NCBI GenBank assembly: GCA_963677765.1
Contig: OY782392.1
Coordinates: 930,001-962,000 of the forward strand
Reading direction: 5' to 3'
Length of the DNA: 32,000 bases
DNA from: Candidatus Saccharimonadota bacterium
Lineage (GTDB): Bacteria; Patescibacteriota; Gracilibacteria; BD1-5; UBA6164
Shown here: positions 20,732 to 29,139 of the stretch, in pieces
Layout: each line of letters begins with the position of its first letter
Numbering within the stretch: position 1 is the stretch's first letter
Made by a program: the position numbers and the translations under genes
The notes under the pieces: model-generated
Told to the model about the DNA's origin: nothing
The model's database searches: none
What the model saw: only the letters and a program-made list of their open reading frames with translations

Positions 20732-20750
20732 ATAAAGAAAAAGAGCTTAT
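20732..20750. repeat. right arm of the 19-bp inverted repeat
   Basis: See 19864-19882. Confidence 0.85.
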
Positions 20751-20852
20751 TATTAATTAATTATTTGATAAAAATTTCTATATAGTATTTTGTTATTTTT
20801 TATAAATTATGTTATTTTAATATAGATTATTATATTATTTATATTATTTATT

Positions 20853-22556
20853 TTGAAAAATTGAAGAAAAATCCTAGATATAGCGAAAGAAACTGCATTG
20901 CAGGATTATGATGAATCTCAACTTATAATTCATGATCAAAATTTATGAATTAAAGAAAAAGTTAATTGACTTTTATGACTTAAGTGAAATATTATTTCAA
21001 AATTAAAATTTCAAGGAGATTTTTGATTTCTATCAGAAAGTTTTCATGTTGATGGAGGTATTAAATTAAGTAATGAGGAATTACACACATTTCCGGTTGA
21101 ACTTTTAGAATCATTAAACTCTTTTACTTATGAAAAATGAAATGAAAGAGTTTTTAGAAATCAGGATTATTATTTTTTATTTGATTCATTACAAGTACAA
21201 GGTATAGATAAATTCTGATCCATTAATGATTTTCATATAGAAGACATAGATGTTAATAAGTTTTTTATAGATTTTAATAATTATTATGAGTCAATAAATA
21301 GGGCTTTATTATTGGCTTTAGAATTTGCTTTAAGTGATAAGAATAATGAAAGCTACCATAAGGTAATTTTATGACTTCAAGATGCTAGAATTAATGTAAT
21401 TGCATTCTTGCAAAATATTATTGAAATTATTACTGATGATAATTTTTTAAATTCAGAATATAATTGAAAACTAGTATTTAATCAAAAGCAAGTGATAGAA
21501 ATAGAGTCTTTTTATGCTCAAGCTCATCAAGATTTAATATATATAAATGATTTTGATTCATTTAAATCGAGTCAAAAAAAAATAATGAACCTTGCAGCAG
21601 CTGATAGTTTAGCTAATAGTTTATCAAGAGAATGAGACAATTATACAAAGCTATTATTATGAAATACAAATGTTTTATCAGTTATGCATAAAGAGCTAGT
21701 TAACTGAACTAATTATAATTCTATGTTAGTAATAAATGTTATTAATACTATAAAAGTATGTTTTGATGTTATAAAAAATTTTGATGAAATCTCTTGAATT
21801 GAACCTGAAAGAGAAAAATCAAATTATTATAAATTATTAGCAAATAAGGTAATTAGATTGTACAGAGAAGAAAATGATCCATTAGTGATGATTAAAACAG
21901 CATTAAATTCATATGTTTGACTTATTAAAAAATGATTTAACCCTGAAGTTGATAATTTAGATATTTTTAGTGTTAATTATGGTTGAGCAACTATATGAGC
22001 ATATGTAAAGCCTGTTTTAGACCTTTTGTTTGAGAATTATGGTGTAGGTATTAATAATTGAAATGTTGTGTATTCAAAATATGATTTACAAAATCAAAAT
22101 AAAGGTTTAAATTTTTATGATTACCCTTATTCAGCAGAGGTAAAAAAATATGGTTCTATATTTTCATCGCAAATTTTAGCTATATTAGACAATGATTATG
22201 AAAAATTATTTTGAATAAAGAAAATTCAAAGTAATTTAAATAGAAATACAGTCGAAGGAAAGAATTATGTTGTAATCTATGATGATAATGCTCAAAGTTG
22301 AACTACTCTAAAAGATCTCAAGAAAATACTTGAAAAAGAATGAGTATATGAGACTGTTTTAACGTATGCATGTAGAGTTAACCCTCAAGTCTGAAGAATT
22401 TCTCAATCATATTCTCAAGAAGAAAAGCTTGAACTTTTTAATTGAGCATGAGTAATTTCAAAAAGATCACCTTTAAGATTTTTAAAATGAACAAGATATA
22501 ATGAGTCATTATCTAGAGTGACATGAAGAAGAATTTTTAAAGAAAATAATAAATAG
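20853..22556 (+). CDS. large hypothetical protein (~567 aa) with a C-terminal type I phosphoribosyltransferase (PRTase) PRPP-binding motif; start codon uncertain
   Basis: The frame is open from 20826 to TAG 22554-22556. There is no in-frame ATG before 21588, so TTG 20853 is proposed as the start. GKNYVVIYDDNAQSGTTLKDLKKILEKEGV (22260-22350) fits the PRTase signature of four hydrophobic residues, DD, xxx, [ST]G, x, T. The N-terminal ~430 aa is unrecognised. Confidence 0.55.
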
Positions 22557-22589
22557 ATATATTTATTATTTTTTCTTTATTTATATCTA

Positions 22590-22655
22590 TTTTGATTATT
22601 AAATTTTATTATTATATAAAATTTAATAATAATTCTATAATAATTAATTATGAAT
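22590..22655 (+). repeat. promoter/5'-leader repeat copy B
   Basis: See 18863-18930. Confidence 0.8.
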
Positions 22656-23036
22656 AAAATAGCTCTTAAAAATATGTTTTTAAATTTTATAAAAACATAT
22701 TTAATTGTAACTTTCTTTTCATCTTTATCAATGGTAATTTTAACATTAGATTTTGAAACTATTGGTGTAGGTTTACTGGCTCCGATTTTTATTATTCCTT
22801 CAATTTTTTTATATATTTTATTTAATTATTTAAAACCTAATAAAAATATTAAGGATATATTATTTTTTATTCCTGTTATTATTTTAATAATATATCTTAT
22901 TACTTTATATTTATTAGATTTGTTAGATATTGTTTCTAGTGATGTATGATGAAAAATTTTTTTAGGTCTAGCATTAATTTTTACTATTTCAAGTTGAAGT
23001 GGATATTATTATCTTAAAAGATTAACTAAAAATTAA
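22650..23036 (+). CDS. small multi-pass membrane protein, 128 aa
   Basis: ATG 22650, TAA 23034-23036, extending the track ORF through two TGA. Four hydrophobic stretches. Confidence 0.6.
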
Positions 23037-23089
23037 TTTTAAATTATTTTTCTTTTTTGTGTTTTATTATTTTATATTAAATACTTTAT

Positions 23090-23479
23090 ATGAACTTTAA
23101 AATTTTCCTTAAAAATATATATTACAAATCATTGATATTTCCTACAATAGTATTAATTATTTTGTTATCTTCTTATTGATCTAATACTTCTTGACAAGAA
23201 TTTATAGTATTACCGCTTATTATTATTCCTATGTTTATTTATGATATCATATTTAATATTAGTATTCAAGCTAGCTTTACTACCCGGGCCTGATGGTTAT
23301 TTAAACCTACATTTTGATTTTTATTGTTTACTTTTCTATTTTATTATTTAATTACTTATTTTTATTATTACCTTAAGTGAAAAAAATATAAAAAAATTTT
23401 ATGGATTATAGTTATTTTATTAATTGCTATTTCTTTGTTTTTTTTAATTTTTATATTATCTGCTTTGTCATGATGATAA
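23090..23479 (+). CDS. small multi-pass membrane protein, 129 aa
   Basis: ATG 23090, TAA 23477-23479. Hydrophobic stretches include LIFPTIVLIILLSSY, FIVLPLIIIPMFIYDIIF, FGFLLFTFLFYYLITYFYYY and ILWIIVILLIAISLFFLIFILSAL. Confidence 0.6.
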
Positions 23480-23537
23480 TAGTTTAGTATTATATATCTA
23501 AGAATGACTCCATCAAAATAAAAATAATTGAACCTTA

Positions 23538-23570
23538 TAAGTATGTAATTTAAATTATTACATACTTTTT
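23538..23570 (+). terminator. intrinsic terminator (copy B of the repeated terminator module)
   Basis: aagtatgtaat-ttaaatt-attacatactt followed by T6. Confidence 0.7.
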
Positions 23571-23592
23571 TATTTTAAACCACATTATTTCA
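23538..23592 (+). repeat. 55-nt repeat copy B; partner at 17141-17194
   Basis: See 17141-17194. Confidence 0.75.
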
Positions 23593-23619
23593 TATTTAGA
23601 ATTTTTTTTCTCTATTATA

Positions 23620-24045
23620 TTAACAATACTTACTTATATCTTTTCAAAAAAATATGTTATTATATCTACTTTTTTTTCATACAAGTACATTTAACATTGA
23701 TTTTTTAAGTTCATCATAATATAGTTCATAGTATAATCAATCCCATGGATCAAATATTTTATATTTATTATTTTTGAATCAAATTATATTTACATAGTGG
23801 CCATAATCTTCATTATTATCATAAAAAATATCTGATGAAACTAAAATTACAGATATTTTAAAATCAATATTGTTATATTTCGTCAAAAAATCTTCAATAT
23901 TTTTTGGAATAGTTCACCATAAAGTTGTTGTTGATAAATATTTTTCTAATTCAAAATAATCAATATCAATATTAGATTGTTTTAATAAATTATATACAGC
24001 AGCAACTCAGCAATCATATTTATATTTTTGAGTTATTAGTTTCAT
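23620..24045 (-). CDS. stand-alone papain-like cysteine peptidase, C39-like, 141 aa (tentative)
   Basis: The N-terminus MKLITQKYKYDCGVAAVYNLLKQ fits the C39 pattern Q.....DCG.a.....l, with the Cys codon at 24010-24012. A candidate catalytic His lies in ..DYGHYVNIIGF.. No ABC-transporter domain is attached. Confidence 0.45.
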
Positions 24046-24155
24046 TTTTTATTTTAATATTTATTATATTTTATAATATTCAATTGATTTTTTAAGTAAA
24101 GTAATATTATTAATAATTTAACTTATTAATATTTTATTTTTAAAAAAATAACTTT

Positions 24156-24183
24156 TTGACATTTGTTTTTATGTAAGTATAAG
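24156..24183 (+). promoter_or_regulatory. sigma70-type promoter
   Basis: TTGACA (24156-24161), 16 nt, TATAAG (24178-24183), 34 nt upstream of ATG 24217. Shares the pattern TTGACA-N13-AGTATAA with two other sites in the window. Confidence 0.55.
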
Positions 24184-24216
24184 TTATTTAAGATTAATAT
24201 TTTAAATAACAATATA

Positions 24217-24699
24217 ATGACTTTAAATTCAAATAATTCTATTGATAATTCAATAGATTTTGATGTTGATATAAATACTTCAAATCTTTATAAGTTCGAA
24301 ATTAGAGAGTATTTTTTCAAAAAAGAATGAAATCTTATTTGATATATAAAAGTTCATTTTTTAGAGCCTGAAAAATCAGATAATATTGCAAGAGTTATAG
24401 ATACTACAAGTTCATCTGGTTATGAATATATGACTTCTAGTATGAAAGATATTTATAATTCTAATTGATATAATCCTAGTTTTGTTATCAAATGAGTTGC
24501 TAATCAATTTTTGGAGTATGTTTTGAGGGATATAAAAGATATTTATTGATGAGAGGATTGTATGGTTTTATTATCTTCTTATGATAGTTGAGAAAAATAT
24601 TTATCAAATACTATAGACAATGTAAAAAAGCAAACTAATGATCTTATAAAAGCTCAGTTTTGATGATCAGATTTTTGTTCATTTACATTAAAAATATAA
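24217..24699 (+). CDS. hypothetical protein, 160 aa
   Basis: ATG 24217, TAA 24697-24699, open through 9 TGA. No signal peptide or motif recognised. Confidence 0.6.
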
Positions 24700-24712
24700 A
24701 TTAAAATACTTA

Positions 24713-24740
24713 TTGACATTTTTATTTATATAAGTATAAA
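24713..24740 (+). promoter_or_regulatory. sigma70-type promoter
   Basis: TTGACA (24713-24718), 16 nt, TATAAA (24735-24740), 41 nt upstream of ATG 24781. Confidence 0.55.
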
Positions 24741-24780
24741 CTATAAAATAAAATATTAAATTGTAAATATATATATATTT

Positions 24781-25623
24781 ATGAAAAAAACTCTACAGGC
24801 TTGAATTTTGGCAAGTGCTCTTAGTGTTTCAAGTCCTAGTTATGCTAGTATAGAAAATACTTCTGAAGTTATAGATGATACAAAAATATGAGTATCATCT
24901 CTTTTATCTAGTGATAAATTTTTTAATCAATCAGTTTATAATGATTTACTTATATCTAATTTTGAATCTCAAAATAGCTTGGTTGATGCTTTGAATTCTC
25001 AAAATCTTTTTCCTAAACAAGTAAATACTATTTGATTAGATAGAATGTCTAATGCAATGCTTTGAAATATAAAAAAATGATGACTTGATGTTATTCATCC
25101 TCCTTTTGTTGATTATGCTTGGTTTGAAAGAGTTTATTGTGCAGGTACTATAAAATGATTTTTATCATCTTTGAAAAATCCTAGTGATAGAACAGGTTTA
25201 GAAAACTCTTATATAAATAGGGAATGAATAGATGCTTGGATGCTACCAGATGAGCTTAGAAGAGCAGGTTTATATTATCAGTTTTATGATATGATGAATC
25301 ATTTTGATTTTGAAAAAGTAGGTCAAAATGATATAGTAAAAGACAAAGATAGTTATTATCAGTCACTACTTCAAACTTGAAACCATTTAAAAAATCATTG
25401 AGTGCCATGAAGTATTTTGTTTATATATTTCAATCTTAGTAATTACAAATGGAGAGTAAAAGAGTATAATCAAGAAAAATTACTTAGAAATCCTAATGCT
25501 CATATGAGTATAAATACTCACCAAGCTATTTATTTATGAAATTGAGATATGGAGTTCCAGGCTTCAGATATTTTTGATATAAATAGCGAATCAAAAGAAT
25601 CAATTAATTATAACTTGATGTAG
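24781..25623 (+). CDS. secreted protein with NlpC/P60-like (papain-fold) motifs, 280 aa; possibly the N-terminal part of a frameshifted larger gene
   Basis: Signal peptide MKKTLQAGILASALSVSSPSYAS. Candidate catalytic Cys in RVYCAGTIKGF (25138-25140). VPGSILFIYF and THQAIYLGNGDMEFQASD (25519-25560) resemble the NlpC/P60 blocks pGDlvff and HVgIYlGnG.miha. Ends at TAG 25621-25623. Confidence 0.55.
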
Positions 25624-25709
25624 TAACTTATATAGCAAAATTTGTTCAACAAAGATGAGCTTATAGGTCTGCATTAAATAATGCTACAAAAAATACTATT
25701 ATAGAAAAT

Positions 25710-28022
25710 ATGCATTATTTTCATTCTATGATAGATTTAGAGGTAAATTGAGAAAAAATAGACTTATATCAAGAATTAAATAAAAAACCATCAGATAGAC
25801 TAAAAATATCTCCTCAAGATGATATAAAAATATCAGGTCCTATATTGATGGATTGATTTCATGATACTACTTCTACAAACAAATATATATCAAAAAACAA
25901 TCATGCTAGAACTCTTTTTTATTTTGAGTTTGTAACTATATGAACATATACTCCTAGTGAGCTACTTATACCAAATGATAACCTAAAAAATAGTCATTGA
26001 ATAGAATCAAAATATGATTATATAACTGATCAAATAGAAATAACTAATACTTACTATCTTAGAAAAGATGAGAATCTTAGTTTGAAATTAAAAGAATCTA
26101 TATTAAGATATGAATTTTGAAAATATAAAGAATTAAGATTAGATGATTATGAAGTAGAAATGATGAATAGAATTCAATCTTTGAGAGATTGAAGCAGGGA
26201 AAGAACTAGTTTAAATTTTGATCTTATTTCTTATAGAGAACAAAAAATTCAATCATTAATTAATAGTCTTACTCAAAATCAAATTAATCAATTCTATTCT
26301 AATTATAAGGCTCAAATTCAATGATTACAACTTATGTGATACATGCAAAATGAAGCTGATTTGAATCCATGAGCAGTAAATATAAATGCTCCTATTCCTT
26401 ATTTTGAAACAGGTAATATTCCAGCTCTTCATTTTGAATATGTAGAATTAAGAAAAAAAGAAATAATATCTTCATATATAGAAAATGCAGATATAGCATC
26501 AAATGATGTTGATATATTTTTCTTTCCTGCTGATAATTTTGCAACAATATATACTCAACTAGAATCAAAACTAAAACTTTATTCTGATAGATATGAAAGC
26601 TTTGATAAAATATCAAGTTTAGATTTATTAAAAAAACACAAATTAATAGATATTATTATTGATAAATACTCTCAAAATCCTTCTATAGACTTAACTAGAT
26701 GAATAGTTCCTAGTATGCAATCTATATCTATTCCACTTGATTTTATAGATGCAGTTTTAAAAAACTTATTACAAGAATCTTTTGTAGAAGATGTAAAATT
26801 ATCTGATCTTGATTCTATGATTATAGAAACAATAGCTAAAAATAGGGAAGATTACGATATTCTTGCTCATATATTAGTTCAAGAAAGTTATGAAAAAGGA
26901 ATTCCTCTTAGAAAAATTATGAAAGAGGTTTGAAGAATGCTATGAAAAATTAGTTCTTATTGAGATTTTCAACTTAGACTTAATAATTTAAAAAATGCTG
27001 ATAATTCTCTAGTTAAATTACCAAATGTAGAACAACTACAAAGAGCTATAGAATTTCTGAATGATCCAGAAATTAAAAGAGTAGTTGAAAGAAGAAAATT
27101 AAGATATGAAGAAAATATTGAAGATGATTTAGAATTAGTAAAACAAATATCAGATAAAATTAAATATGTTGAATTTTTAACTTCAGAGCAAAGACTAGAA
27201 GTTTGAAATCAAGTATATGATTTATTGAAAGAATTATTTAGGTTTAATGATTCAAGACAAATAAATATTGTATGAAAAGTAGTTCAAACAAGTCTTATAT
27301 TGGATAAAATGCACGAGCACTATTATAATCTTAATTGATGGTTATTAGCTTCAGGAGTTCATACTGATGAAATACTTTATAATAATGATTTACAATCAAG
27401 ATATAAAAAATTATTATTAGTTATAAATAATAGATCAGAAAAAACTACATTAGTATGAACTTGAGAAAACTATATATTAAGAGTATTAGAAGCTTTGTGA
27501 GATGATATACATGATGAATCATATCCAAAATTAAAAAGAGATTACAAATGAAAGATAGAATATAATAAAGATGTTTTATCTCAAAGATTGGATTTTTACA
27601 AATCAAGATTACAATTATTAAATAAAGATTATTTATTAGTTGTTAATGATTTGATATTGTTAATAGATGATATAAAGGACTCTAATTATTCAGCTTTGAA
27701 ATATTATGAGCTTTTTAAAAATCAAAATATAAAAGATTTTTTATCTGATAATTGATTTGATACTTATCTATTACCTACTATGGATGAATTTGAGAATACT
27801 GCTTTTAGAGAGTTATTTTATGATTATGCAAAAAATCCAGTATGAATGGAAGCTCCAAAAAATTGGGACAAGGCAAAATCAACTGTAGCTTATTCATGAG
27901 TATTATGACTTATTACATCAATTTGATTATGAACATATTTAATGCTTAGAAGAAAATTAAAAAAACAAAATAAAAGCTTTAAAGATTTTATTGAAGAAAT
28001 AAAAAATAAGATTAGTAAATAA
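25710..28022 (+). CDS. large helical protein with a C-terminal transmembrane anchor, 770 aa from the first ATG (frame open from 25614)
   Basis: The reading frame opens at 25614, overlapping the upstream gene's end by 10 nt in the -1 frame. First ATG is 25710; TAA 28020-28022. The C-terminus STVAYSGVLGLITSIGLGTYLMLRRKLKKQNK is a hydrophobic helix followed by a basic tail. No N-terminal signal of its own. Confidence 0.6.
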
Positions 28023-28040
28023 TACTAATCTTATTTTTTT
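28001..28040. terminator. bidirectional intrinsic terminator between convergent genes
   Basis: A-run, then aataagattagta-aataa-tactaatcttatt (13-bp stem), then a T-run. Confidence 0.75.
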
Positions 28041-29076
28041 ATGGTAATTTTATTTTATCTCATACCCATAATAAATTTCATTTTGTTCTAACTAATCTTT
28101 GTTTTGTTCTTCAATCTTCTTGAGCTTGAATAACTTCTTTTATTTTATTTGCAATATCAGTATTTTTTGATAATCAATAATGTTCTTTAACTATATTCCA
28201 TAAATTATCTCATTTTTTGATTATTACTTCATTTGATTTTTGTTCTTCTAAATGGTCTTCTTCTATAACTTCATTTATAGGAGCTTCTTTAGCTTCAGCT
28301 GTAGCTATTTCTTCTTCTACACTAGTTTCTACTTCTTTAGCTTCTTCTTGTTTTGTCTCAACTATAACTTCTTCTTTTTGAAGTTCATGAGTATTATTTT
28401 GTATTTTTTGAATATCTTCTTCTACTCTTGAAATAACTCATTCTATTTCTGATATATTTTTTTCTATATCTTGATCTTCTGTTAATTCTATTTCAATAGA
28501 GTAACCACTTGCTTTATCTCATAATAATGATTTAGCTTCATCTATTCTTTCTCTTAATATAGATATTAATTCATTATATCTATTTTCTAAAGTAGTTTTT
28601 CTTAATTCTTCTGCGCTTATTTGTTGATTAGTTTCTTCTCCAGTATTTTCTTCTTGAGATACTGCTGAGTTTGTTGTTTGTTCTTCTGTAGTTTGAGATG
28701 ATTGTTCTTCTTCTTTAAAACTTGCTTGTAAGCTTTCTGTAAATGAAAAATCTTTTATATTTATATCATTTATATAGTTTTGTAAATTTATTCTCGATAT
28801 ATTTGTAATCATTTCTTGATCATGTTGGTTTTCTTCTAATTTTTTTATAGATTCTTGTAAAAATTTATCTATTAATCAGTTTCATTCTTCTGTAATTTTT
28901 GAAGGATCTTCTCATAACCATAATTTTATAAAGTTATTTCTGTTTTCTTCTGTTATGTCTCAAGATTCTACTAGTTTATTTAAGGCATCTTGTAATTCAT
29001 TTAATTTTCAAGATAAGGCTTCATTAATTGAATTATCTTCTATGTTATTATTTCTTTGTTCTGGATTTGCATTCAT
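28039..29076 (-). CDS. acidic protein with a C-terminal LysM domain, 345 aa
   Basis: ATG (minus) 29074-29076, TAA complement 28039-28041; frame checked codon by codon. The C-terminus VIIKKGDNLWNIVKEHYGLSKNTDIANKIKEVIQAQEDGRTKQRLVRTKGNLLWVGDKIKLP follows the LysM pattern (V.kGDtLw.Ia..y......i...N........l..Gq.l.iP). The middle is E/Q/T-rich and no signal peptide is apparent. Confidence 0.7.
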
Positions 29077-29139
29077 AATAATAAAAAAATAGTATAATAT
29101 TAGATTAATAATATCATACTATAATTTTCTTTGCAAATA

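Noticed and set aside
20723-22556. A retron (PRTase effectors are known retron partners) or ShosTA-like pair at the PRTase-domain gene.
   Set aside because: There is no reverse transcriptase, no DprA-like gene and no structured GC-containing ncRNA candidate in the flanking AT-rich spacers. Only the PRTase motif itself is supported.
22650-23479. Calling the two small membrane proteins paralogues (a tandem duplication).
   Set aside because: Their lengths and hydrophobicity match, but I could not align the sequences convincingly by eye. Similarity in composition is expected for any TM proteins in this genome.
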